From Dudresnaya verticillata (lineage: Eukaryota): DNA of 27,251 bases. The DNA lies in assembly GCA_977862235.1 (NCBI GenBank), contig OZ374560.1, positions 2,914,001 through 2,941,251 of the forward strand, given 5' to 3'. Under the pieces are notes generated by a model that saw nothing but the letters and a program-made list of their open reading frames with translations, did no database searches and was not told where the DNA came from. The first letter of the stretch is position 1; each line of letters opens with the position of its first letter. Both the position numbers and the translations under genes were made by a program. Below are positions 1 to 11,828 of the stretch, piece after piece.

Positions 1-1221
1 TCCTGGTCCAAAGAGAACCGAAAGAAAAGCCCCCCACCTGTCAGGACGGTAGTGTCCCCTTGCGAAACGCGATCTTGTAGTGCGTAGTTGACAACGTTCC
101 AATGCAGTGTGCTGTTGGCGTCCGGCAATATTTCATCCTCATCGAAAGTGCGAATAAGAGTCTCAGCAAGCCGCTCCCAAGCCCTTCCGACTTGGTTCTT
201 CAACATATCCATTCCGGAAAGCGTGAATTGGCCGACACGCAAGAACATCCAGACAATAATTTCCTGTACTACCATTCTACACCAGTTCGTTGCCTCCTTC
301 TTCCAGTCAGGGAGCTTGAAGTGCTCTGAGCTGTCCTGTTGCGTGACATTCCAAACCAGATCATCACACAACTCCATAATGACCTTGTTTGTCATGTCCC
401 AGCCAATTCGCATACCCTTAGACTGAATAAGGGCTTCTCCTGCTTGCGCATCTCACCAGTACCCCAGAAGGGCTCTTCATATGAACGTATTGTATCTGAA
501 ACATCATTCAAGGTCGCTTTATCAGCATAGGCCTCGAGGTAACCACACATGGAAGTGGAAAACTCTGCGGCGCGCAAGAATGCGAACGCAACTGCATCCC
601 TGGAAGCCTGGTCGAATTTCCTAGCCAACCTGTCAACATCAGAGTTGCTTGAAATCAACCGCTCTTGCGTGGAGGCGAATGCCGTGAGTAATGCCATATC
701 GTGCCCTCTCTCCCCCAACTCGTAGATCTCACGTTTCTGAAACACACAAAGGGAACTTGCTTCCGCACTTAGTAACGACCTGATGTTGGGAACCTGGGAC
801 AGCCGCGTGCTGTACAGAACAGCACGAACGGCGTTTGAAGAAGTACCCATAGCGTCAGCGATCGCGGGAAATGCGGCCACGTAGTCATATTTAGAAGCTC
901 TCTCAGTGAGAAGACGGTCAACGAGGGCACTGTTCTCTTGGGCGGAGTGAGCCTCGCGGCTCACAATGGAGACTTTCTCCTGCACTTTCTGAAGAGCAGA
1001 CCACAAAGAATCCATCGAAACACAGTAGAATTGTAAGCCAAGGGCAACCAAGCTTGGTTGTGCCCTAGGACACCAAATGAGATTTTCTGAAACACCGATA
1101 CAGAGATATCTGTATTGGAGCCACCGTCACGCGACGCGCCGAAAGGAGTCTCAGAAACACGGATACACGGATAGGAGTTTCCGGGTTGTGTCGCACCGGT
1201 TAAAGGGAAGAATCGTACCAA
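1..1221 (-). pseudogene. Decayed ORF of unknown function running off the left edge; probable accessory gene of the outer element
   Basis: ORF 1051..392 (219 aa) is followed, after a frameshift near 420, by a stop-free frame to position 1 (…QSKGMRIGWDMTNKVIMELCDDLVW…GGGLFFRFSLDQ). ORF 1221..961 overlaps its 5' end in another frame. No family recognised. Confidence 0.45.
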
Positions 1222-4200
1222 CAGTTGTCTTTAACAGCCTTATGTGTAGCTCGGGCTGATGAGCCGCGGCTGCGAGTGACCTTTCCGGAAGGGTTTCTGG
1301 TTTCAGAAACTCTCCGTGGTCTTCCCGTTAATCGACACCCTCGAGGGAAATTCCTGTTGCAGAACTAACGCGTGTAAACAAGCACAAAGCGTCTGTGTAG
1401 AGGTGGAGGCAGTAAGCTTAAGCGAATTCGTGGTGTTCGAAAAGCAACGTGGGGGGCAGACTGGCCGGTTTGCGTAGGCGCAGCTGCGGGCGTGTGGGCT
1501 CTGAGTGTCGGAAACTCAACGAGGATTTTCAGTTGCCACCGCGCGGACTGCGGACTGTACCACAATGTCGGTGGTGAAATCACGAGCGTACGCTCGTGTC
1601 ACAGTGAGCAAAGCAGAAAGACTAGAAAGGAGGAAGCTGAGTGTCAGAAAACTCGTGCGCGAGAATTGTGAGTTGGTGTGGAAGGCGGAAAAGGGTTGCA
1701 GGGTCGAAACACTGCAGCGCATGCGCTGAAGAGGACTCGGCAGTCGGTATGGCCAGGACCGTTCGTCGATGTGACGATTGAGTTTCGGTGTTTTCTTCCA
1801 AGTTGGCGCGGCCGCGGCTAGAGCCGAGTCAGGTCGTGTTACCGCGGTAAAATCCTGGGCTTTCGGGCAGGGCAACATGCATTGTCATGGCATTGCTATA
1901 CGCGCGTGTGCACACTGTACACGCGCGTGTGAGGGCATCACGGATCACTGCGGATCAAAAGTCCGTGCAATCTGCACTTAGAAGTGAATTCACCACACAG
2001 TGAAAACTCGCGAAGACAGGGCACCACATGGAATTACGAAGTAGCCAATTGGCACAATGAGCCAGTCATGTCAGAGTACCGTTGGAGCGTCAGATGGTGA
2101 AAGCCAGTGCTGTCAGCATTCTGTAAGGTTATGTTAGTGTAAGAGCCCATTCTTGCACTGTATGGCTATTGTTACACGTTTCATTCGACATCTGAGAACT
2201 GTCTCCATGTCACACCTCCTGACTTGTGACGGCATCGATAGTTGGCGAAGACGCCTTCGTCGAGACCCTTCTTGTGAGGACAACTGCAGAAAATGAACCT
2301 TGTTGGCAAATTTCTTCCGACAATCGGGCCCAAACATCTCAGTAAGGTCGCAATGAATCTCTCTGCTCAAGAAAAACGAGAGGAAACGTGCAAATTGGGA
2401 CTGAAACGGGCTGTTTCCAAGGACATTATCTCCAATGCTGCTGGAACAGCTTGCCCATGTCTCTTAGTTTCCAAAAAACAGTCTCTCTGCATTGCCCCAG
2501 CATAAGAGGGGTTTGTTGTGTCGAAGAAAACTCTCGGGCATTCAAGGTGGCAAGAAGAGAGCCACCCGTCTCAAAACACATGATGTTTGAATCCTCCTGT
2601 ATCTTCTGCTTCTCTTTGTTTCCTGACACTCTTACCTCACATTAGAAGGGGTAATGAATCTATGTAATGTGGCGCCACGAGAACATGAAAACCTTAAACC
2701 GGGAGTGTATAACAGCCATGGTGACAAATGTCACAATACTCCAACGCAGCCTCCCATGTCAGTTAGCCGCTTAATATGTTTCTGAAACACTTCAAGACAT
2801 CACAAACACCCTGCAGTACCTCTGTAACACAAGACGTTTTATGCTCGTTGCGTCTTGACCTTAGTACTCTGCTGAGTGCTGAGTAGCAGTACTGTCCATC
2901 CTGGAGTTTCACAGACATCTTCTGACACCCATATAACGATCTCCAATGGTTTGGTATTTTTCCCTGGTTTTACTGAAAGGGTTTTCAGAAACGAAAACAC
3001 GAATCCCTTTAAAGTACCGATCTGTAGAATTTTGCAACCGAAATGACTCCATAAACATACATTACAGCGAGGTAAGGGGGTTTCACATCATACAAACAGC
3101 CCCTTCACAGTTGTATTACAATGCTCTGGGCTATTAGAGACAATTGGAAAGTGTTTGACTGAAACTCTTTTCGATTTGTTAGAAAGGAACAGGCAAAGGT
3201 ATCATGGACGATGAGTGCAACAGTTCTACCAAAAGGTTTTCAGAAACACAGCTTCCAGCAGAACTTCTTGACACGCTCACTGTGTATTCTAGGGGTGCTG
3301 GAGAGACCTTTTCTGTAGTTTTTCGGAAGGAAATTGCTTTCCTCAAGCCCCAGTGACAGTTCAAAGTTGTCGTTTCGAAAGTGTTTCTGATACTCAATGA
3401 ATAAGTGCCTGTCCTGCACAACTTCCAGCTTTAAACCATTCCATTACCATCCTTTGTTTGCTCGGTTTCAAAAACACCAAAATAGCACGCATCGGTGACT
3501 AGTATTAGGGCGCAAACAACCAAAGACCGGCATGCACTATGCAGGTGGTTTCAGACATGGACCCGGATTCTAGGGCATTTGATCCCGATTTTCATATGAT
3601 GCCGTCAGATTAGGCTGCCCAAAATGCCCGTAAAATGCCTCCAGAGCTCTGCCTCACTCCGCTAGCAGATCCGAGCCCAAGGCAATACGATACACGGTAA
3701 TGAGGAGCATTGTCCACACTATTGCAACATCTGAGTTTCTGCAACACACACCAGAACAAACATACGATCTCACACATAAGCAGACATGGAAACACACAGT
3801 CAAACGAACACCCACGCAAAAGATGGCTTATCACACAAACGGGCAAAGACAAGAATGTATACAGGTATCACGTGCTGCCGAGTACTGTGCAACGCATGCG
3901 TCTGCAGTCTAGTCTGCAGACGCATGACGAGCTCGTCGAGTAGGCATCCGTCTCGGCGGACATTCAAATGTTCGAGCACATGCACACACAATCACATTTC
4001 TTCTGAAGCGGGCGCAGGCACAGGCTCAAGTAGACGCACGCACACGCACAAATTCAGTTTCTGATACAAACAGAGTTCGTTTCTGACACACACAATCCAG
4101 CAACCTGTGGGCCCGCAGGGAAAGGAACCATTTCGCGAAACCGAGGTATCGATGACGAGTGCACAGTCATGTTACAGCGTTTTCGGAGCAGCTGCGCGCA

Positions 4201-4279
4201 GTTTCGGACATACTGGGTTTACAAAGCTGTGGACTGGGGGAAGTGGCACAGAACTATTCTCTGGAACAAACTAATTTCT

Positions 4280-5861
4280 TTACTGCTTAAACATTGGCTG
4301 TAGGTATCCGTCGCAGAGCTCACATTTTCTACCGAAGACCTCTGAACAATCCCAGTGAGTCTTCTGAAAGCACTCCGGGCATTCCCCGAATCCCGCGTCC
4401 CCTGTTGATGGGGCTTCATTTGCGTACTTACAATTCGTTTCTCTCATGAAGATATGTCTATTGCTGCGATTAACTCTGCTTGGAGTACCGTCGACCCTTT
4501 GTCTCTTCTTGGTATGATCAGTAGGTTCCAGGGAGTGTTGGTCGTACGCACCCAGCAGTTGCAAATCGCTTTCGCTGGTTCGACTCAGACATGGGGAGTT
4601 GCCGCGGTAGCTCATGAGTTAATATTATTGGGGAGGGTTGCACAACTGTTTGCCGTGATGTGGTTCTCCCTGTGGATAGGAACCTCGCGCGAGTTCCTTT
4701 TGAGGCCAGTTATTGAGTCGGAGGAAGACCCTGTGCTCTTACTCTTGGACTAGGTGCAGCTGCTGCTGCAGCGATTCCGATACCATGCGTGTTTTCTGAA
4801 ACTCCAAGCTGCGGGGAAGCTTCCGGATGTAATGACTGAGAGAGTGTTTCTGATTCACTGGATGGGGTGATGGAAGGTGTACGGTGGGAATATCCTGTAC
4901 GACCTTGGTCTAGGCGTACTTTTTTCCGAAGTACAATTGACAATGGCCGTCAACGAAGGTCGTTGTTCGATTCTAGAAGGCGACCGGGACGGCTGAAGTC
5001 CGTTGGAACCATCTGACCGTAGTGGTATCGGATGTTTGTTTATACCAACACCAGCAGGAGGCATGGAATCAGTCGCATTTCTGACTTCGGGCATGCTGCT
5101 CGTTCTCGTAGGCGTGCGAGTATTTTTCTGCTGGTTGCGTCGTGCGGATGCAGTTTCGATCCTACTGTCATGTCGGTTGCTTCTGCTGCCTGCGCGCAAC
5201 ATCTCAGAATTCTCAATGAGCTAGTCCAGTGTATGCTTAGCGAAAGCTTCCTCCATGACGTAGAAAGCTGCCAATATCAATGCAATCCGTTCCCCTTCTT
5301 TCGCGTTCCTCACACATCTGGTGGGAGTAACTGCAGCCGTGCCAGTGTTTGACGTTTGTCCGAAAATCAATGTCCTTCTCATCCACGGAGGTGTGAACGT
5401 TCTGTATCTCATCTGTGTGTCTGAAACTCTACTCTCATCTTTTGCCTTCTTGAAAGCCTGTGAGAAGAATACTTCATACAGCCACATCCTAATTTCCGAG
5501 GACGGACGGATAAACTTCGTCGCTGCAGACGCTGGGATCGCAAGCGTACCTTTTGAATCGCCTCCCGTTCGCTTTTGACCAGGAAACTAGTCTGGGATTG
5601 TGCACTTCTCGTTTGCTGTTTGTATGGAAACCCGCGTAACACCACTTACCTCTGCGTCTTCAGCTAATTGAATTGTAGGATTGACAGAAACATTGCGAGA
5701 GAAGCTGAGATGTACTGACTTTCCAGACTGCGCTCATCTCTGAAAGAGACGGTCCTTGAATACACTACCGTGAACTGACGACTATTTCCCGACGATACCT
5801 CTTTAAGAATATGTATCCGCGTATTCTCATTTTTCTCCTCGGCAGTCTTTGCAGCATCCAC
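4280..5861 (-). pseudogene. Fragmented gene with a low-complexity middle and a C-terminal Cys/His zinc finger (PHD/RING-like spacing), divergent from the KDZ-like transposase
   Basis: Collinear minus-strand ORFs 5861..5664, 5487..5221, 5202..4855, 4943..4710 and 4615..4280 are separated by single stops or frameshifts. A GTAAG donor-like site lies at ~5649. The last ORF ends CPECFQKTHWDCSEVFGRKCELC. Confidence 0.5.
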
Positions 5862-5913
5862 CAGCTCTTCTCTCCTGGAAACAGGACAATCGAACTGGAT
5901 TCAGAATCGAGAT

Positions 5914-6681
5914 TGTAGCATAGACGTCGGGTCGATCCGACGTCTGATACTTGCTGGTCCGAAGCCGCCACACAGACCCATCGATGGGTAGCTGTTGGGG
6001 TTGGTAGAGCGGTGTCGGCCGCGTTCGCCCCGCAGGTGCGGATCGACGGCGTCGATGCCGGAGCGCGCACGGGGCGTACCGTACGCGGGTAGGCAGCGGC
6101 CGGATCCCAGCGTCCCTGTCGAAGGGCGGCACGAAGCCGACGGAAAGGAAGAGGAAAGGGGAAAGCCTAGAGAGGCAAGGGGAAAAAGGGAAACCGCCCG
6201 CTGGCGTAAGGCAAAGGGATCGAACCCGAAAAGTCTGGGGGCAAGCTTCAGCGCGAGCTGTTGCTTGCCGGGTTTACGTCGATGGCCGACGGTCTTAAAT
6301 ACCCTACACTATGTGCACTACAACTACTTCTACAGTAGGTGCGCCCCACAACACCAACGCGGGAGGTGTACGAGCGCGCGCCCATACACGTGTCGACACG
6401 TCCGGGTAACGGTTACCCGTGGGCGCGCGCGGGGCTTAACGGGCAGCGGCCCTCTCAACGGCTGGATGCCGGAGAGCGTCATAGGGGCGCGCCGTGTGCG
6501 GCACGGCGCGCGGCCGCTGCCGGCAGCAATGCGGTCGACCGCTACTAATTCAACAAAAAAACTAAGGGCACGCTGCCCAACCACAACTCGCCAGCGGGCG
6601 TCATCGTGTGCACCATTACAGTGCAGGGCTGCCAGCATACCTTACAGCCGCTGCTGGTAGGGTGCTGACAGCTATACTACA
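5914..6681 (-). mobile_element. Solo LTR (768 bp)
   Basis: Begins TGTAGCATAG and ends CTATACTACA (TG…CA, 9/10 inverted match). Flanked by the 5-bp TSD GAGAT (5909-5913 and 6682-6686). GC-rich and non-coding. Orientation is inferred from the position of the CT-rich tract. Confidence 0.9.
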
Positions 6682-6803
6682 GAGATATATTGCATTCCTT
6701 TCCGTGGTGTTGTTTGGTTGTGCCATTTGGATAATAGTCAGTAAAACGCGCCTCGCTCGCGTGCGCCTTTGCGCGTAGAGCAAATCCTGTCATCGAGCTA
6801 GAC

Positions 6804-8428
6804 TTGACTGGGCAAAGTTTTCATCCCCATGCAGTAAATGGGGGCAAGGGAGAGGAGGGGTCATTTCCGTATATTCCGTCAGCTGACGAATCCAGCGACG
6901 CAAACAACGATATATCTGCACCAGAAACAGGTTCCGCGGAAGATGCAGATGCCCAGCCTATGCAGAGTATGCCATGGCATGAGACGGTACCATTTGCAGA
7001 ACCCGCGCAGAAAATACAACGGACATCCAACGGTAGAACGTCAGTTCCTGCGAACAGATTGAACGAGCAAGAGTTGATGAGTAGGGCTATGCGCGAGTGC
7101 ATGCGCTGCTTTTTATGGATTGCTCATAGCCGGAGAGATGGCATTGAGATGCGTTTGCTGCACAATCAGTTCGAAGGTCGGCAAGTTGCAGCAATGGCTG
7201 CTATGAGCGAGGTTAACGTTGTTAATGAGCTCGCAATTGCAGTTCTATGGCAAGTCATGAAGAAGCCCCCTAGACCTGTTTGCGTAACTATTCGCAAGCA
7301 GGGGACCGGAGTTCTCAGCGTGACGTGTTCCTGTGATTCTATGTATGCCAATTCTGTTCCCAACGTCCCTCAAGGTATGCGCTCGTCTATCGCATTCAAA
7401 TGCGATGATACAAAAGTCTGTATGAGCCATGAAGGTCTGTATAGGATATTTCACAGTACGTTTCAGGACCCTGAAAAGGTAGGCAAGTACAAGACAACGG
7501 TTCTGAGTGAGAATGGTCGCCCTCCTTTAATTGAGCTTGTGAGAAGGGCCCAACCTTGGTTGAGAAGCCGCAGTGATAATCTTGGGGCCCTAGCTTGGGC
7601 ATTCTGGATATCATATGATACGAAACGACATCTGTTTGTTCCGATCCTGAAGAAGAGGAGAAAGGATTTCCGTTGTTCCATGTGTAGAGGTTCCTCGGAG
7701 CGAAGAGCTTCATGTAACCATGAAAGAACTTGCAAGTCTTCTGCTGGTGTTTCTGAAACTGTTTCTGAAAATCCTTCTACAATGGCAACCTCCGGTACAC
7801 CGGCTAGTCGTCTTCCATCTGCCACAAATGCCGATGACATGAAGTACGCCGGGACTAATACAATCCAACCGCTTCTTCCTTGTGAAGGAGAACGGAAAGC
7901 CATGGAAAGACTGGCCAAAAAGATACGTTTGCGTGATGAGGATACCATTTGCAGACACTGCGACCTAACAGTAACAAATCCGTTTTTGTCTACAGACAGG
8001 TCAGCCTTCATACTTTGGCGAGGGGAAGGGTTGTGGTTTTCTTCGGAGATTGGAAGTGTCCCATGCTAGCTTGCAGGAAATGGAACTACTACACGGGTGC
8101 CTGGGATGCTATCTTCCCATTCCGACCGGACTCAGCATTCACTACATCATTTCTCTACACAATGGTGGATGGAACTGCTCGGCAAGGGGTAGCATTGCGC
8201 GGTTCCTACTCAATTATGAAGTCTCTGTATCGTGGAATGTTGGACGAAGCTCCTCCCTTCCCTTTGAAGTGTGCGTTTGAAGAGGCTTCAGCAGCGAGAG
8301 AACGCGTCAATGAAGCATTTAGATTGTTTCTGAAAACACTTGATTTAGATGATGATGAGTTCACCAGTGAAATATTTTCTTGCTCAGAATGCGAGGTACC
8401 CTTGACTGAAGGCGACCGGCGGACCTTG
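6804..8428 (+). pseudogene. 5' half of a Cys-cluster (SWIM/CxC-like) KDZ/Zisupton-like transposase
   Basis: ORFs 6804..8069 and 7949..8479 are joined by a frameshift near 7970. Motifs: VTCSCD, FRCSMC…CNH, ICRHC…LHT…WKCPMLAC…YTGAWDAIF…FTTSFL, FSCSEC. The reading frame is cut by the TIR element at 8429. Confidence 0.6.
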
Positions 8429-9422
8429 AACACTAATTTCGCCGGCTACAGAATTTCCAAAACAGAACAGAATTTTTGAGGGTCCTTGAATCCCGGCGTT
8501 CGATAGCGCGTTGGAAAGGGGGCGCTACCCTGAGAATAGTGGTGCCAACAGATCGGAGCAAACGCAAATAGTTTCGGAGTTATGCACTCCGGCATATGGG
8601 CCCCCCCGGGGTCGAAAGTTCCCGAAAGGTGTGATTTTTCCGAAAAGTTCCAATTAAAAATTCTCCAGAAATTGATTCTGCCCCGTCCCGCCGCCCGCGC
8701 CCGCGCCCCCGACCGCACACCGCATTCTGGCGACTTCCCGCCGCATTCCGACGCGCTCGGACTTGGCTTCCCACCGCATTCCGACGCGCGCTCGGCCACC
8801 TCCTCACTTCCGACAGCCACTCCCACCATCACCCTTTCTGGTGCTGCTACTGGCCCACACATTCTGCATTCCGGCGCGTGCGCACGCGCTCTGCTTCTGC
8901 CTTGCGCGTAATGAGCCGCGCTTCCCCACCCCCTCCCAGACCCGTAGTGCCGCTCCCCGCCCCAGTCCGGACTGTGGCCGCACTCTGTCTCACGCTCCCT
9001 GCCGTTCACCCATACCTCGCCGTCACCCTTCCCCGCTCACCGCGCCCGGCCGCATTCTGACACGTCCACATCAAGTTGCCGCATTCGGGCGCACGGTCAG
9101 CCCCTCCCAGCAGTCCCCCGACACGCCTCCTCACCCTTCCCCGCGCTCCTGCGCACCGCGCCCGGCCGCATTCTGACACGTTCACATCAAGTCGCCGCAT
9201 TCGGGCGCATGGTCAGCCCCGCCCAGCAGTCCCCCGACACGCCTCCCTCACCCCTACCCCGCTCCCGTGCGGCACGGCCACCCGCTTTCTGACCCGTCCT
9301 CACAACTGGACTCAGTACCCGCCCGACCGGGTACTCTACCAGGTAGCTCAGCCGCTTGCGCACCCGCGGTTCGGACTTAGCTTGTGGCGTAAACGGGCGC
9401 TACAGGCGTCGAATGGCCTTGC
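8429..9422 (+). repeat. Left terminal inverted repeat (~1 kb)
   Basis: Collinear inverted match to 22962-23957 with scattered substitutions. ORF-track translations 8763+/23622- and 8582+/23803- are near-identical. Confidence 0.95.
9023..9262 (+). repeat. Tandem duplication (~117-bp unit) within the TIR
   Basis: CCGCGCCCGGCCGCATTCTGACACG…ACATCAAGT…CCGCATTCGGGCGCA…GGTCAGCCCC…CCCAGCAGTCCCCCGACACGCCTCC occurs twice. It is mirrored at ~23120-23360. Confidence 0.9.
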
Positions 9423-10092
9423 ATTTCTCGTGTGCTGCATCAACCTGAGAGTATAATTTACTGGTTGTAGCTGTTTCTCGTATCAAGAGCCGGCATACCT
9501 AACTAACAACGGCGATTGTCTGATTCTCTTCTGGACGAGCTGCGGTAGACGTCTCTTCGTAAGAGCTTCGAATTCGACCATTACGGTCGCGACGCCGACA
9601 GTACCAGTCCATGGCTGCTTAGTCGCTGAGTATATGGATGCCTTGTACTTTCCGTCCCAAGCACCCTTACCGTCATACGCCTCGTACCATCTTATATACA
9701 GATCAGTAGCCTTTCCCGTAGCGTCCTGCAGAACATCTAGAATCTGTCCAACCCAAAATGGGCATCGTGCGGTGGCGTTCTCCCTCACAACGGCAACGAA
9801 GTAGTTCTTCGTGTACTGCAGGTCTGAAGGGGGGTCACAGTCTCCTCCTCACCGTCATCCCCTTCCGGTACGTACTCCAGCGCCACTCTTCCGCTGTACT
9901 TTCCCCTTGTCTCAAATATGTGTCCCATATCCCAATGAAACGTTTCCAGCCTATCTCTGTACACGTGGTCCCGCAATTCCTGCAGCTCCCTCATCTTTCC
10001 CGTGTCATACACACGTGTCTCTTCAGAACGAAACCTGTCGTTGACTTCCTTCAAATCTGGTGGCGATTTGACCACTGTTGCTGGAGTCTTGC

Positions 10093-11828
10093 TGTCGTGC
10101 AAACGTCGTATCGAAGACGGAGAACGCCTCCGGGCCGATCGGGAGCCCGGTGGTTAGCCGCTAGTAGCGAACTGGGTAGAGCGGGTAGAACACGCCTAGG
10201 GCGGACTGTAAACACCCAGGGCGAGCGGACGAGGGGGCAAGGAAACCCAAAAGGAAACACGTTAGCAACGAGTTGAAACGTGGAAACACGGATGTGTGGT
10301 GCAAGGGGAGGCGAGCCCTTTTTCGCTGAAAGCGGGCAGACTAAATACGTCGACCGACGGAGAAACCGCCACCGGCGCTCACCACCGCCGTTGGCGCGCG
10401 AACACGTCATCGACGGCTCATTGGGGCGCGCGCGCACACTGTGCGCCGCGCGCCACGCGGGCACTGTACGGTGATGGCCCGACGTGGCGCCCCGGGGCAC
10501 TGTAGCACGGATCCGGATGCGATCCGGATCCGGCATCCAGATTGGCTATCTAGATCGCCTAAGCTGTAAGGTATGCGCCTGTAAGGCTGCGGGTATCAGC
10601 ATTGCTGGCCCGATCCGGATGGGATCAGGATCGGACAAGTACCAGATTAGATCTAAGACGCACGCTCTACAGTGCGCGCGCACGCGCGGCTGTAAGGCAC
10701 ACGCGTCCACGTGTACGTGTAAGCACCCACACAGGGGATTGTACGACGATCTATCAGACGCGCGGCTGCATGCGACGCGTGATCTGTCAGACGCGCCTCG
10801 GGACGACACGTGTCCCGAGTTCCCGCGCTACACGCACGCCGCCGCGCCGCCGTACTATACTTAGGTAAGCCGTCCCAGACGTCACAGTAAACACCCGGGC
10901 GAGCCGGCCTTGGTCCAGACTTCCCCGTTCCGCACGCGCGCATTCTACCGCTGTGTACGGCTAAGCGTCTACCTCCCGTGCTTCCACGTCTACCATCGCC
11001 CTTGACGTGTTCCCCTTTCTCTTTCTCTTTTCCTTCCTTTCTGCCTCGGGCGTTTACAGTCCGCCCAAGGCGTGCCCCTTTTGCTCTACCACCAAGTCGC
11101 CCACGGCGGGTCTACCTACCGCCGAGGGCGCAGCTACCCACCGAGCCCCGAACTGCTCGGCGGTCTATCGTCACTGGACGTTTTGCACCACAGGATGGGT
11201 AGACACTTATGCTTCCGAGCAGCGGTAGGGTGCGCGCTGACGCGGAGGGGAAGTCTAGACTCAAACCGGCTTGCCGGGGCTTTACTGTTACGTCCTGGAC
11301 GAGGTGCCTAAGTAGTACTATAGCGCCGCGGTGCAGCGGCTGCATGACGTAGTGCGCGGGATCCCGGGACGCGTGTCGCGTGGAGGTGTGTCTGACACGT
11401 CCCGGGACAATGCAGCCGCTGTGCGCTGGTGCGTGCGTCTCACAGAGGCGTGCTCGCACGGTGCTGTAAGCGATCCGGATTCGGATCGCGATTGACACGT
11501 ATTACAGCGCGTTTCCCTTACAGTGGATCCCGATGTCCGATCCGGATGTCGGATCCGGATTCGATCGGGATCCGGGCCAATCCGACAGTCGACTCCCTTA
11601 CACCTCGTTGATCTCGATGCATCATCCGGATCCGCTCTGCAGCGTTGCGCCGTACAGTGCGTCGGGCGTGCGCTGCGCTGGGTGGCGGCGCCCGCGCGTC
11701 CGTAGGCCAATCGTCGATGACGTGTTCGCGCCAACGGCGAATGAGCCGTTTCAGGCGACCGTCCGTCGGTCGACGAGGTTATCGGCGCCCATGGCGAGGA
11801 AATAAAAGCCGGTCCCCCGTGCGCCACA
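10093..11828 (-). mobile_element. Solo LTR (~833 bp of its own sequence) inserted in the transposase and split by a second solo LTR
   Basis: Begins TGTCGTGCA and ends TGCGCCACA. The 5-bp TSD is CTTGC (10088-10092 and 11829-11833). Its two parts are a diverged inverted homolog of 10295-11192. Confidence 0.9.
10295..11192 (+). mobile_element. Solo LTR (898 bp) nested in a related LTR
   Basis: Perfect 10-bp terminal inverted repeat TGTGGTGCAA…TTGCACCACA. The 5-bp TSD is GGATG (10290-10294 and 11193-11197). A TATA-like sequence lies at ~10853 and a CT-rich tract at ~11010-11045. Confidence 0.93.

Noticed and set aside
1355..1997. Possible fifth solo LTR (TGTTGC at 1355; GCAACA at ~1877; TTCACCACA at ~1997)
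   Set aside because: No matching 5-bp TSD for any pair of ends. It may be the 5'/promoter region of the minus-strand ORF.
2134..3421. Short ORFs on both strands
   Set aside because: No recognisable motifs or consistent frame, so a gene call cannot be supported.
8431..8435. CACTA at the left end suggesting an En/Spm (CACTA) element
   Set aside because: The inverted match extends outside CACTA, the right end reads CACAA, and the flanks of CAC…GTG (GAA/TTC) are not a direct duplication. The transposase motifs are Sola/DUF7869-type. A 2-bp TT TSD with ends 8428/23958 is formally possible, but the 4-bp CTTG fits better.
8446..9456. Pro/Arg-rich ORFs in the left TIR and their mirrors at 23179-23849
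   Set aside because: They are by-products of GC-rich repeat sequence, overlap in several frames and show no protein motifs.
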